DNA of 64,000 bases. Origin: Terriglobia bacterium (GTDB lineage: Bacteria; Acidobacteriota; Terriglobia; 20CM-2-55-15). Shown piece after piece: positions 1 through 9,506 of the stretch. A program made the position numbers and the translations under genes. Positions within the stretch are counted from its first letter, which is position 1; each line of letters starts with the position of its first letter. The notes under the pieces are model-generated. The model ran no database searches. It was not told the origin of the DNA and worked only from the letters and a program-made list of their open reading frames with translations. The stretch spans positions 352,001-416,000 of the forward strand of contig CAXWPJ010000010.1 of the NCBI GenBank assembly GCA_963664115.2, written 5' to 3'.

Positions 1-461
1 GTTTCCTTTGGCTTGACCAGAGTTTGCCTATCCACGACCGAACGGGCCAACTCCTCGCGAATGGCATTCAGACGCAGGCCGCGCTCGTGCAGGATTTCCC
101 CCGCCACACACTTTTCTTCCCGCAGGATGCCGAGCAAGAGATGCTCGGTTCCGATGTGACGGTGATTCAAACGCTCGGCCTCTTCGGCCGCGTACGCCAG
201 TATCCGCTTGCACTCGTTGGACAGGGGCAAATCAATGGACGTCGATACCTTCTCGCGTATCGTCGTCCGTCCTTCAATTTCTTTGCGGATGCTTTCGATG
301 GAAGACTGGTTGCGCAGGAAACGGTTGGTAAGATTCTTGTCCTCCCGAATCAGCCCCAACAACAGGTGTTCGGTTTCTATCGTCGTGCTACCGAACTGGC
401 TGGCTTCATAGCGCGCGAAGAAGATTACGCGACGGGCTCTTTCTGTATATCGTTCGAACAT
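1..461 (-). CDS. clpC: ATP-dependent Clp protease ATP-binding subunit ClpC/ClpA, N-terminal part (runs off window)
   Basis: Minus strand from ATG at 461 reads MFERYTEKARRVIFFARYEASQFGSTTIETEHLLLGLIRE...RHIGTEHLLLGILREE, i.e. two Clp-N repeats. Absent from the ORF track because it has no stop in the window. Confidence 0.9.
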   Translation of the reverse strand, partial: MFERYTERARRVIFFARYEASQFGSTTIETEHLLLGLIREDKNLTNRFLRNQSSIESIRKEIEGRTTIREKVSTSIDLPLSNECKRILAYAAEEAERLNHRHIGTEHLLLGILREEKCVAGEILHERGLRLNAIREELARSVVDRQTLVKPKE

Positions 462-652
462 GGTCTCGTCTTCAAGGTGAACCGAATTCCAGAAGGACTT
501 CCGTTCTCAATTATCCAGTCGTTTCTTCCGGTTGTGCAACTCTATCGATTCTAAACGAAGGCCAAATTCAGAACAAGGCCCCGGGAAGGATAACTCTTCC
601 CCCCACACCAACTCTTCCCAATACTCTCTTCCCAATACTCTTCCCTACGCGA

Positions 653-741
653 GGGGACAGGGCAGTCAGACCCCTTTTTCTGTGGGCTTTTCAGCTTATC
701 TAAAAATTAAGCTGAAAAAGGGGTCAGACGGCCCTGTCCCC
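653..741. repeat. Long intergenic inverted repeat (GGGGTCAGACCCC-type REP-like hairpin)
   Basis: Left arm GGGGACAGGGCAGTCAGACCCCTTTTTC matches the reverse complement of the right arm with 2 mismatches; inner TTTTCAGCTTA/TAAGCTGAAAA stem. Lies just after the lolD stop. Confidence 0.75.
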
Positions 742-746
742 AAGGG

Positions 747-1451
747 TTACACCAACTTTCCCCTATCGATCTGCCAGATCTGGTCACACTGTGCCGCAAT
801 CGTTTCGTTATGTGTCACGATCACTGAGGTCAACCCACGCTCGGCATGGAGTTTGCGTATCACTTCGAACACTTCGTCTCCCGTCTCGGGATCCAGGTTA
901 CCGGTCGGCTCGTCGGCCAGAAGAAGTTCCGCATCTCCGGCCAGGGCACGTGCGATAGCAACTCTCTGCTGCTCCCCTCCGGAAAGCTCCCCGATCTTGT
1001 GTTCCCTCCGTGCTCCGAGACCCATTTGGTCAAGCAATTGGCCCCCGCGTGCCATGGCATCGTCCCGGGTCTCTCCCCTCACGATCAACGGCATCGCCGC
1101 ATTTTCGGTCGCGGTAAATTCGGGCAGAAGGTGATGAAATTGAAAGACAAAGCCCACATGGCGGTTTCGATACTGTGCCAGACGGATTGGATCCAATGAA
1201 AAGATGTCTTCCTCCCCGAACAGGACCTGGCCCGAGGTTGGAGAATCCAGGCCACCCAACAAGTGGAGCAACGTGCTCTTACCTGCACCCGAAGGTCCAA
1301 TTACGGCGATCAGGTCGCCCGAGGCCACACGCAGATTCAGCTCTTCGAAAACGACGATGTCTGAGGCGGGCGTAGGGTATATTTTCGTTAGGTTTACGGC
1401 CTCCAGCACTGCGGCAGAGGACGGAGAGCTATTTTCAGATTGTATCTGCAC
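747..1451 (-). CDS. lolD: Lipoprotein-releasing ABC transporter ATP-binding protein
   Basis: Walker A GPSGAGKS, GFVFQFHHLLPEFTA, LSGGEQQRVAIARAL, LLADEPTGNLD; downstream of a LolC/E permease. Confidence 0.9.
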   Translation of the reverse strand: MQIQSENSSPSSAAVLEAVNLTKIYPTPASDIVVFEELNLRVASGDLIAVIGPSGAGKSTLLHLLGGLDSPTSGQVLFGEEDIFSLDPIRLAQYRNRHVGFVFQFHHLLPEFTATENAAMPLIVRGETRDDAMARGGQLLDQMGLGARREHKIGELSGGEQQRVAIARALAGDAELLLADEPTGNLDPETGDEVFEVIRKLHAERGLTSVIVTHNETIAAQCDQIWQIDRGKLV

Positions 1452-1546
1452 AGCGTAGGATTATGACCCGTGCGACAGTTTGTCTGATCCAAAACGGGCA
1501 CACGGCGTTCTCACTGGGAAAAAATCGACCAGAACGTGCCCAAAGC

Positions 1547-2761
1547 TTACTCATACCGGAGAGCCTCCACGGGCTGGAGCTTCGAGGCCGCTCTGGAAGG
1601 GTACAGGGTGGCGGCGTAGCTGATCGCGACTGCCGCAACGGCCACGATAGCGGAGTCGGCTGCGCTGGTCTGGAAAGGAACGTATGCGATGGAATAAACG
1701 TCCTGGGAGATGCTGACCCACTGGTACCGGTCCGCCATGAAGCTGACGAGATTCCCGATGACGAGGCCCAAACTCGTGCCGACGACACCGATGATCACCC
1801 CCTGGGCGATGAAGACCCGCCGGATGTTGTCAGGGGTCGCACCCATAGCCATGAGCACCGCGATGTCGCGGGTTTTCTCCATAACCATCATGACGAGCGT
1901 CACCACGATGTTCAACGAAGCCACGAACACGATCAGACCGATCGTGATGAACATGACGATCCTCTCCAACTGCAATGCCTCAAAGATCGCCGAATTTTGA
2001 GCTCTCCAATCCGTAAACTCCAGGCCCTCGCCGGCGGCAGCGGCGATTTCGGGACCGAGTACTCCGGATTGATCGATGTCGTCAATCCGGACTTCTATCG
2101 AAGAAGCCATGTCGCCGGCCCCCAACAATCGTTGCGCAGCCTCCATCGGAACGTACACATAGCCGGCGTCGAATTCGTAGAGCCCTGAGCGGAACACGCC
2201 CGAAACTTCGAACGAACGGGATCGCGGCGCGGGACCGGCCGGAGTGAGTATCGTTTCCGCGCTCAAGGCCCGGACACTGTCCCCGACGAAAGACCCCATC
2301 GCCAGTGCCAGCTCTTCGCCGATCAGAATCGAACGGGGCCCAAAATCCTCCGGGCTGCCCTCAATGAGGCTTTCAAACACCTCAGAACGCTTCGCTTCCA
2401 GTTCGGGCACGATTCCCTTCATGTACGCAGGGCGGCTCTGAAAACCATTTGTCAGGAGCACCTGCTGGTAGAGAGCGGGCGCTGCAGCGTTAACACCGGC
2501 GACCGATTCCGCTCTTCGGGAGATCTCGATATAGTTGGGAATGCCCTCCCGGGTCGGCCGCAACAAGGTGATGTGGGCCTGTGTACCGAGGAGCTTTTCT
2601 TCAAGGTCCTGGCGGAAACCCGCGTTGATCGCGAGCGCGATGACCAGAGCAGCGACACCGGCCGTGACGCCGATAACCGAAATGATGGTAATCAGAGACA
2701 CCACGGCCTGCTTACGCTTGGCCTTCAGATACCTGAAAGCAACGATGAACTCGAACCGCAC
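1547..2761 (-). CDS. LolC/E family lipoprotein-releasing ABC transporter permease
   Basis: FIVAFRYLKAKRKQ..VSLITIISVIGV N-terminus, EKTRDIAVLMAMGA, C-terminal ATLYPSRAASKLQPVEALRYE. Start set at GTG 2761 because the upstream extension is repeat sequence. Confidence 0.9.
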   Translation of the reverse strand: MRFEFIVAFRYLKAKRKQAVVSLITIISVIGVTAGVAALVIALAINAGFRQDLEEKLLGTQAHITLLRPTREGIPNYIEISRRAESVAGVNAAAPALYQQVLLTNGFQSRPAYMKGIVPELEAKRSEVFESLIEGSPEDFGPRSILIGEELALAMGSFVGDSVRALSAETILTPAGPAPRSRSFEVSGVFRSGLYEFDAGYVYVPMEAAQRLLGAGDMASSIEVRIDDIDQSGVLGPEIAAAAGEGLEFTDWRAQNSAIFEALQLERIVMFITIGLIVFVASLNIVVTLVMMVMEKTRDIAVLMAMGATPDNIRRVFIAQGVIIGVVGTSLGLVIGNLVSFMADRYQWVSISQDVYSIAYVPFQTSAADSAIVAVAAVAISYAATLYPSRAASKLQPVEALRYE

Positions 2762-2828
2762 GAAGGAAATTATGACACGGAAAGCGCCCGACACCGTATG
2801 GCACAGCAACTTGAGAGGTTTGATTTCT

Positions 2829-3002
2829 TTCACCGCAAAGGCGCAAAGACACAAAGAATAAAAAGAGATAGGCTGTCTGGATTTCGGCGGGATGACCCTA
2901 GTAGGTTCCCAATGACTATGGTGCTAAGCCAACTGAGTGTGAGCAAAGTAGACTCAACGAAACCCGGTCTTGTCTTTTTTTCCTTTGCGCCTTTGCGGTG
3001 GA
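2829..3002. mobile_element. CGCAAAG-arm inverted-repeat element, copy 1 (MITE/REP-like)
   Basis: TTCACCGCAAAGGCGCAAAGACACAAAG ... CTTTGCGCCTTTGCGGTG with internal motif GGTTCCCAATGACTATGGTGCTAAGCCAA. Confidence 0.8.
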
Positions 3003-3070
3003 AAAGTAATCGATGCGATTGTGGCACAATGGAGGTTTGGACTGAGAACGGAAGAAGGAACTGACACTGA

Positions 3071-4879
3071 ATGAATCTTCGTAACATCGCCATCGTCGCA
3101 CACGTCGACCATGGCAAGACCACGCTCGTCGACGCCATGCTCTGGCAGAGTGGAACGTTTAAGAAGCACCAGACTGTGCAGGACCGCGTCATGGACTCGA
3201 TGGATCTCGAGCGAGAAAAAGGCATCACGATCATGGCCAAGAACACGGCCATTCGATATGGCGACATCAAGATCAACATCGTCGATACACCCGGACACGC
3301 TGACTTCGGAGGTGAAGTGGAACGCACTCTCGGGATGGTCGACGGCATCATGTTGCTTGTTGATGCAGCGGAGGGACCGCTGCCACAGACACGCTTCGTG
3401 CTGTCGAAAGCCCTGGATCTGAAGCTGCCCGCCATCGTCGTCGTCAACAAGGTCGACCGCAAGGATGCACGCGCCGCAGAAGTACTCAACGAGATCTACG
3501 ATCTGTTCATCGATCTCGACGCGACAGAAGGTCAAATCGATTTCCCTGTGGTCTACGCGGTGGCGCGGGAAGGCCAGTGCACTCGCACTCTCGGAGAACC
3601 GCTCACAGACCTGCGACCACTCTTCGACACGATCGTCGATCACATCCCCGCCCCAACTGGCGAGCCGGACCGGTCGTTTCAGATGTTGGTCACGACTGTA
3701 CAGCCGGACGACTACAGGGGACCGCTGGCGATCGGACGCATCGTTACCGGAACAATCCGTAATCGTCAAAAGGTCACCCTCTGCCACCGGGACAGTTCAC
3801 AGACTCAGGCTGAAGTGACCGAGCTGTTTGTTTACGAGGGCCTGGAACGCGTATCGACCGAGGAGGCCGGCCCGGGCGAAATCGTAGCGGTGGCCGGCAT
3901 GACGGGAATCGGGCTTGGCGAAAGCCTCGCAGACGGCGAAGATCCTCACCCCCTTGCACCGTTACACGTGGATGAACCGACGATGTCGATGGAATTCTTG
4001 ATCAACAACTCTCCCTTCAGCGGCAAGGACGGGGCCTACGTGACGTCGCGCCATCTGCGGGAACGCCTGATGAAGGAAGCGAGCAACAATCTTTCGATGC
4101 GGGTGGAAACCACCGATTCGCCAGACCGCTTTGAAGTATTCGGCCGGGGCGAGCTGCAACTGGCAATCCTGATCGAACAGATGCGGCGCGGGGGCTACGA
4201 GTTCTCGGTCGGAATGCCCCGCGTCATCACCCGGGATATCGAGGGACGCAAACACGAACCTTTCGAGCTGGCCCTGGTCGACACCCCGGAAGAGTATATG
4301 GGTGTCATCATGCAGAAGCTCGGGACGCGAAAAGGCGTGATGGGAAAGATGGTCAACCACGGCTCGGGTCGCGTGCGGCTGGAGTTCGACGTCCCCAGCC
4401 GGGGACTGATAGGATACCGGACCGAGTTTCTCACCGACACCAAAGGCACCGGCATCCTCACACATATCTTCAACGAGTTCCGACCGTGGGCGGGCGAGAT
4501 CAAACATCGGGCGACCGGAGCCCTGGTCGCTGACCGGGAGGGCCCCGTCACCGGCTTCGCGGTGATTAATCTGCAGGAGCGCGGTGAGCTCTTCGTCGCA
4601 CCTACCGATAAAGTCTACCGGGGCATGCTGGTAGGAGAAAACAGCCGGGACGCCGACCTCGACGTCAACATCACCAAGGAAAAGAAGCTGACGAACATGC
4701 GGGCGTCGGTCTCAGACACCTACGAGAAAATCGTTCCGCCCCGCCTGATGTCGCTGGAACAGTCCATCGAATTCATCCGCGACGACGAGCTGATCGAGGT
4801 CACTCCAAAACACCTCAGGCTCCGCAAACGCCACCTCGACCCCAACGACAGAAAGCAACACGCCGCACGGAATAATTAG
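3071..4879 (+). CDS. typA: Translational GTPase TypA/BipA
   Basis: [61 protein letters not shown]; 602 aa. Confidence 0.97.
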   Translation: MNLRNIAIVAHVDHGKTTLVDAMLWQSGTFKKHQTVQDRVMDSMDLEREKGITIMAKNTAIRYGDIKINIVDTPGHADFGGEVERTLGMVDGIMLLVDAAEGPLPQTRFVLSKALDLKLPAIVVVNKVDRKDARAAEVLNEIYDLFIDLDATEGQIDFPVVYAVAREGQCTRTLGEPLTDLRPLFDTIVDHIPAPTGEPDRSFQMLVTTVQPDDYRGPLAIGRIVTGTIRNRQKVTLCHRDSSQTQAEVTELFVYEGLERVSTEEAGPGEIVAVAGMTGIGLGESLADGEDPHPLAPLHVDEPTMSMEFLINNSPFSGKDGAYVTSRHLRERLMKEASNNLSMRVETTDSPDRFEVFGRGELQLAILIEQMRRGGYEFSVGMPRVITRDIEGRKHEPFELALVDTPEEYMGVIMQKLGTRKGVMGKMVNHGSGRVRLEFDVPSRGLIGYRTEFLTDTKGTGILTHIFNEFRPWAGEIKHRATGALVADREGPVTGFAVINLQERGELFVAPTDKVYRGMLVGENSRDADLDVNITKEKKLTNMRASVSDTYEKIVPPRLMSLEQSIEFIRDDELIEVTPKHLRLRKRHLDPNDRKQHAARNN

Positions 4880-4880
4880 C
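4818..4880 (+). repeat. 63-bp direct repeat, copy 1 (3' end of typA)
   Basis: GGCTCCGCAAACGCCACCTCGACCCCAACGACAGAAAGCA...ATTAGC recurs at 5666-5728; first 40 nt identical, 5 mismatches in total by eye. Confidence 0.9.
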
Positions 4881-4899
4881 GCTCATTAAAAGACTAAGA

Positions 4900-4989
4900 T
4901 TTTTAACACGGAGGTCACGAAGTTGAGATGTCTTCAGAAAAAGAAACTTCGTGTTCCTTCGTTACTCTTCGTGGTCTTCGTGTTAAAAA
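4900..4989. repeat. ACGAAG-arm inverted-repeat hairpin element
   Basis: TTTTTAACACGGAGGTCACGAAG ... CTTCGTGGTCTTCGTGTTAAAAA with tandem CTTCGT units in the right arm. Confidence 0.7.
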
Positions 4990-5058
4990 CTCCCCTCTTA
5001 CTCCGGCCGGAGATGCGGGATGCTCTCCGTGCGTGAGTATATGTGATATATATACATA

Positions 5059-5364
5059 ATGGATCCGGGGGAACTGCTTACCAACTGCACCGGATTTGAT
5101 TGGGATGAAGGCAATCTGCTCAAAAACTGGGAGAAACATGCAGTCTCAGGCGCCGAATGCGAACAAATTTTCTTCAATCGGCCACTTGTCGCAGAACCAG
5201 TCGCCAAACATTCGGGTGGAGAAATACGGTACTACGTCTTGGGCCAGACAGATTCTGGTCGGCCGCTGTTCTTGGTCTTCACGGTTCGTGGCCAATTGAT
5301 TCGAGTGATTTCGGCTCGCGAGATGAGCCGCAAGGAGCGACGGGAGTACGAGAAACATGGCTAA
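5059..5364 (+). CDS. brnT: BrnT family toxin
   Basis: FDWDEGN..KNWEKHAVS, LFLVFTVRGQLIRVISAREMSRKERREY; overlaps the antitoxin start. Confidence 0.9.
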   Translation: MDPGELLTNCTGFDWDEGNLLKNWEKHAVSGAECEQIFFNRPLVAEPVAKHSGGEIRYYVLGQTDSGRPLFLVFTVRGQLIRVISAREMSRKERREYEKHG

Positions 5365-5656
5365 CAAACTGAAGAAGGTTCCTAGACAGCGGAATGAGGA
5401 TCAGGAGCGGAGCTTTTGGGCAAAGGCGGATTCGACAGGCTATATCGATTGGAGTCGAGCGCGCCCCCTGCTCTTGCCGGGCCTCAAACCGACGCTTAAA
5501 ACCATTTCAATTCGCTTACCTGAACACATGATTGCTGAATTGAAACTTCTCGCAAACAAGCGGGATGTCCCGTATCAAAGCCTGCTCAAGCTCTACCTGG
5601 CGGAACGGATCGACAAGGAGATGAAGCACCTCGGCCCATCGAAACTGAAAGCCTAG
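5357..5656 (+). CDS. brnA: BrnA/CopG-type ribbon-helix-helix antitoxin
   Basis: ERSFW...DSTGYIDWS, TISIRLPEHMIAELKLLANKRDVPYQSLLKLYL; coupled to brnT. Confidence 0.85.
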   Translation: MANKLKKVPRQRNEDQERSFWAKADSTGYIDWSRARPLLLPGLKPTLKTISIRLPEHMIAELKLLANKRDVPYQSLLKLYLAERIDKEMKHLGPSKLKA

Positions 5657-5665
5657 CCAGTCCCT

Positions 5666-5728
5666 GGCTCCGCAAACGCCACCTCGACCCCAACGACAGA
5701 AAGCAGCACGCTGCACGAAACGATTAGC
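5666..5728 (+). repeat. 63-bp direct repeat, copy 2 (duplicated typA 3' end)
   Basis: Diverged copy of 4818-4880 located 9 bp after the brnA stop. Confidence 0.9.
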
Positions 5729-5763
5729 CTGATTGGAACAATTGAGCTAGTCCAAATGTTTTT

Positions 5764-5945
5764 TTCACCGCAAAGGCGCAAAGACGCAAAGGAAGATAAA
5801 GACAGGATAGGTTGCCAACGCCGAATTCGACCGGCACCAGTTGGGTTGGCAACACAGTTGTTGGAAACCCACAAAACTGCATGCTGCTCGAATTTAAACA
5901 GCCTATGCCTTCTTTTTCTTTGCGCCTTTGCGCCTTCGCGGTGAA
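5764..5945. mobile_element. CGCAAAG-arm inverted-repeat element, copy 2
   Basis: TTCACCGCAAAGGCGCAAAGACGCAAAGG ... CTTTGCGCCTTTGCGCCTTCGCGGTGAA; core GGGTTGGCAACACAGTTGTTGGAAACCC; ends 3 bp from the lysS stop. Confidence 0.85.
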
Positions 5946-5948
5946 TTC

Positions 5949-7424
5949 CTACTCCGGGCGGAGATGGGGAAAGAGTATGACGTCGCGGATGGACTTGGAA
6001 TCGGTCAACAACATCGTCAAGCGGTCCAGGCCGATGCCTTCCCCGGCGGTGGGGGGCATGCCGTATTCGAGAGCATGGACATAGTCTGCGTCCATGGAGT
6101 GCGCTTCGTCGTCGCCCCGCGCCTGCGCTTCCAACTGGGCTTCAAAACGCTTCTTCTGGTCGATCGGGTCGTTCAATTCGGAATAGGCGTTGGCCAACTC
6201 CATCCCGGCGATATACAGCTCAAATCGCTCGACCAGGCTCGGATCGTCCTTCTTGGCCTTCGAAAGAGGCGACATCTCGATGGGGTAGTCGTAGACAAAC
6301 GTGGGTTGGATCAGGTGCTTTTCAGCTACGGCATCGAAAAGCTCGCCGATCAGGCTTCCCAGCCCGAGTTGCGGATTGTAGTTGGCACTCACCTTGTCCA
6401 GCAGAGCCTTCACTCGGTCAAGGTCCGATAACTCCGCTTCTTCGATCGCATCGCCCGGAAAATACTTAACGATGGCTTCCTTGACTGTGATCCGTGTCCA
6501 TTGATTGAAATCCACTCCAACGCCGTCGTAGGTGATCGTCCGGGAACCACAAACTTTGTCCACGACCCCGGTGATCATTTCCTCAGTGAGATCCATCAGG
6601 TCGGTGTAGTTGCTGTAGGCCTGGTAGAACTCCAGCATCGTGTATTCGGGATTGTGCTTGAATGATATGCCCTCGTTTCTGAAGTTGCGGTTCAGATCAT
6701 AGACCCGCGTCAAGCCCCCGACGATGAGACGTTTCAGGTACAGTTCCGGTGCGATCCGCAGGTACAGGGGCATGTCGAGGGCATTGTGGTGAGTCTGGAA
6801 CGGCCGGGCCAGCGCACCACCGGCGATAGGCTGCAGAATCGGCGTTTCCACTTCAAGATATCCGCGATCATCGAGAAAGCGCCGCAACTCGCGGATGATC
6901 ACGCTTCTCTTGACAAAAACATCCCGCACATCCTGATTGACGATCAAATCGACATAGCGGCGGCGATAGCGGATTTCGATGTCGGTGAGACCGTGCCATT
7001 TTTCAGGCAGAGACCGCAGGCTCTTGGCCAAAAAGGTCAACCCGGACGCCAGGACAGTCAGCTCGCCTGTGCGCGTGCGAAACATCACGCCTTCGGCTCC
7101 GATGAAGTCGCCGATATCGAGCAAACGATAGAGTTCGAAATCAAGTTCGGAGAGCTTGTCCTTCCGGGCGTAGACCTGGATCTGTGAGCCGCCTTCGGAA
7201 ATCGTCAGAAAACCAGCCTTCCCGAAAGGCCGTGCGGCAACGATCCGACCGGAAACCCTTACCGTCGTCGGTTTGGCTTCGAGCGTCTCCGCCGAGTCCG
7301 GCTCAAACTGCTCAACCGCCGCCGCAATCGTGTGGGTATAGCGGTAGCTCGTAGGATAGGGATCACACCCCAACGCCTCGATCTTCTGGAGCTTCTCTAA
7401 GCGTATTTCTTCAGGTTCGTCCAT
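5949..7424 (-). CDS. lysS: Lysine--tRNA ligase (class II)
   Basis: [59 protein letters not shown]. Confidence 0.97.
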   Translation of the reverse strand: MDEPEEIRLEKLQKIEALGCDPYPTSYRYTHTIAAAVEQFEPDSAETLEAKPTTVRVSGRIVAARPFGKAGFLTISEGGSQIQVYARKDKLSELDFELYRLLDIGDFIGAEGVMFRTRTGELTVLASGLTFLAKSLRSLPEKWHGLTDIEIRYRRRYVDLIVNQDVRDVFVKRSVIIRELRRFLDDRGYLEVETPILQPIAGGALARPFQTHHNALDMPLYLRIAPELYLKRLIVGGLTRVYDLNRNFRNEGISFKHNPEYTMLEFYQAYSNYTDLMDLTEEMITGVVDKVCGSRTITYDGVGVDFNQWTRITVKEAIVKYFPGDAIEEAELSDLDRVKALLDKVSANYNPQLGLGSLIGELFDAVAEKHLIQPTFVYDYPIEMSPLSKAKKDDPSLVERFELYIAGMELANAYSELNDPIDQKKRFEAQLEAQARGDDEAHSMDADYVHALEYGMPPTAGEGIGLDRLTMLLTDSKSIRDVILFPHLRPE

Positions 7425-7432
7425 AAGATTTT

Positions 7433-7603
7433 TTCACCGCAAAAGCGCAAAGGAAAAGAAAACGTAGCCTGTGAAAGTTCAGGGCAATCAATTCTCATGG
7501 GTTCCCAATAACCGTATCGAAAATCCAACTGTTTCTGGTCGATTTAGATGTAGGCAAGGTGTTCAGTCTTTTCTTCCTTGGCGCCTTTGCGCCTTTGCGG
7601 TTA
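7433..7603. mobile_element. CGCAAAG-arm inverted-repeat element, copy 3
   Basis: TTCACCGCAAAAGCGCAAAGG ... CCTTTGCGCCTTTGCGGTTA; fills the nusB-lysS spacer, and its terminal TTA is the nusB stop. Confidence 0.85.
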
Positions 7604-8020
7604 GCTCTTCCTCTCTTCTTCGATTTCCTTGTAGATACTGTCGAGCAAGCCGTTGATGAACCGGGGGGATCCCAGGGTGCTGAAACGGCGCGCGATTTCA
7701 ATCGCCTCATCGATCACGACCGTCGCCGGTGTATCGGGTTCGTGCAACAGCTCCTGGGTGGCCATGCGCAGCAGGTTACGGTCGAGAGTTTCCATCCGCT
7801 CCAGACGCCAGTTCTTTGCGTGGCGCTCGATCAATGGATCCAGGGCTTCAAGATGTTCGACGGTGCCGTGTACCAGGCGGTCGGCAAAGGTGCGGACATC
7901 GTCTTCTGCTTTGTTCACTTCCCAGAACGTCGCAATCGACGTATCCAGGTTGTCGCGCCGGAGATCCCACTGATACAACATCTGAAGCGCATATTCTCTC
8001 GCGGCCCGTCGACTGCCCAT
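7601..8020 (-). CDS. nusB: Transcription antitermination factor NusB
   Basis: SRRAAREYALQMLYQWD, NWRLERM..LDRNLLR, VVIDEAIEIARRF, FINGLLD; follows ribH. Confidence 0.95.
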   Translation of the reverse strand: MGSRRAAREYALQMLYQWDLRRDNLDTSIATFWEVNKAEDDVRTFADRLVHGTVEHLEALDPLIERHAKNWRLERMETLDRNLLRMATQELLHEPDTPATVVIDEAIEIARRFSTLGSPRFINGLLDSIYKEIEEERKS

Positions 8021-8023
8021 AGA

Positions 8024-8509
8024 TCAGAGACCCCGAAGCGACTGCACCATCTCGATGACAGCAATAGCCGCGTCGTAACCGCGGTTCCCGATCCCACCGC
8101 CGGCCCGCGCCAGGGCTTGTTCGACGTTATCGGTCGTCAGCACTCCGAAACCGATCGGGATGCCCGAATCCAATGAGACACGTTCCAATCCATGGGTCGC
8201 AGCCTGGCTCACGTACTCGAAGTGCGGCGTCTCGCCACGAATAACGCAACCCAGCGCAATGACCCCATCGCAGTTCTTCGCCAATCTCTGCGCGGCCAAG
8301 GGTAACTCGAACGCGCCCGGAACGCGGACGACGTCCACCCCATCACGACGGGTTCCGGTCTTTTCGAGCGCACTGAGCGCTCCTTCAAGGAGACGATCCA
8401 CGATCTCCTGATTGAATCGGCCCGCGACAATCGCGAAGCGATAGCCCTCTGAAGCGAGGTCCTCGATCGGATCCGGTTCTTTTTTACTTCCCTTTGAAGT
8501 TGGGGGCAC
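8024..8509 (-). CDS. ribH: 6,7-dimethyl-8-ribityllumazine synthase
   Basis: RFAIVAGRFN, VPGAFELP, ALGCVIRGETPHFEYV, FGVLTTDNVEQA. Start (GTG 8509) uncertain. Confidence 0.93.
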   Translation of the reverse strand: MPPTSKGSKKEPDPIEDLASEGYRFAIVAGRFNQEIVDRLLEGALSALEKTGTRRDGVDVVRVPGAFELPLAAQRLAKNCDGVIALGCVIRGETPHFEYVSQAATHGLERVSLDSGIPIGFGVLTTDNVEQALARAGGGIGNRGYDAAIAVIEMVQSLRGL

Positions 8510-9263
8510 GTTTCTCCAGGAACGCTTCGGTCCCTTCTCGCACGTCTTCGGTCGCAAAGCACATCCCGAACAGAGTCGCTTCAAGGAACTGCCCTTCGGA
8601 CAAAGTCATTTCCATTCCACGATGGACGGCTTCGAGACAGTACCCGACGGCGAGAGGTGCGTTCGTCATGATTTTCCTCGCCAAGCCTTCCGCTGTCGAG
8701 AGAAGTTCAGACTGTGACACAAGGCGATTGATGAGACCCATTGCCAGTGCCGCTTCCGCAGAAACCGTCTCGCCCGACAACAGTATCTCGAGAGCCCGTC
8801 CTTTCCCGACCAGCCGAGGCAGGCGTTGGGAACCGCCGTATCCGGCAATCAGGCCCAGGCCAACTTCGGGCTGTCCAAAGACTACGTTCTCCGATGCCAC
8901 CCGCAGCGTGCATGCCATCGCCAGCTCACATCCTCCGCCCAGCGCGTATCCGTTGACGGCAGCGATCACCGGTTTGCCGAGTTGCTCAATAAAATTGAAG
9001 ACATCCTGTCCGGCGAGGGCATACTCGCGTCCGTCCGCAGGCGAAAGGGAGGCAAACTCTTTGATGTCCGCACCGGCAACAAAAGCCTTTGTGCCACTGC
9101 CGGTCAAGATCACGACACGCACTTGATCGTCACCCACAGCGGACTCGAAGGCCGTAACCAACTCCGACATCGTCAACTTGTCGAGTGCGTTGTGAACTCT
9201 CTCCCGGTTGACGGTAACGAAAGCGACACCATCTTTTACGTCATAGAGCAGATTTTCGTACAT
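8484..9263 (-). CDS. Enoyl-CoA hydratase / crotonase family protein
   Basis: AFVAGADIKEF, AAVNGYALGGGCELAMAC, FGQPEVGLGLIAGYGGSQRLPRLVG. Confidence 0.92.
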   Translation of the reverse strand: MYENLLYDVKDGVAFVTVNRERVHNALDKLTMSELVTAFESAVGDDQVRVVILTGSGTKAFVAGADIKEFASLSPADGREYALAGQDVFNFIEQLGKPVIAAVNGYALGGGCELAMACTLRVASENVVFGQPEVGLGLIAGYGGSQRLPRLVGKGRALEILLSGETVSAEAALAMGLINRLVSQSELLSTAEGLARKIMTNAPLAVGYCLEAVHRGMEMTLSEGQFLEATLFGMCFATEDVREGTEAFLEKRAPNFKGK

Positions 9264-9289
9264 CAGCGCTTTTCTCTAGCGTCAAAGGA

Positions 9290-9424
9290 TTCACCGCAAA
9301 GACGCAAAGGAAGACAAGAAAGACATGGAATTGGGATATCAGGACAGTCGTTGAGAACCCTGAAGGGTCCAGTTCGCTGCACCTTTCACGGCCTATCCCT
9401 TTTTTCTTTGCGTCTTTGCGGTTA
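9290..9424. mobile_element. CGCAAAG-arm inverted-repeat element, copy 4 (internally shortened)
   Basis: TTCACCGCAAAGACGCAAAGG ... CTTTGCGTCTTTGCGGTTA; retains core TTGGGATATCAGGACAGTCGTTGAGAACCC. Confidence 0.8.
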
Positions 9425-9506
9425 GATCCCGAAGGGGAGATTATCTCATATACATGGACTGCAGGGATTCGTCGGCAGAATCCATTTCAATCTGTGTAAT
9501 CCGCAG

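Noticed and set aside
24-554. 176-aa plus-strand ORF
   Set aside because: Antisense shadow of the clpC 5' region, which has clear Clp-N repeats on the minus strand.
5653-6084. Short ORFs containing FHRKGAK / LCAFAV / LRLCG motifs (also near 7471, 13446, 18104)
   Set aside because: These are translations of the repeat arms, not genes.
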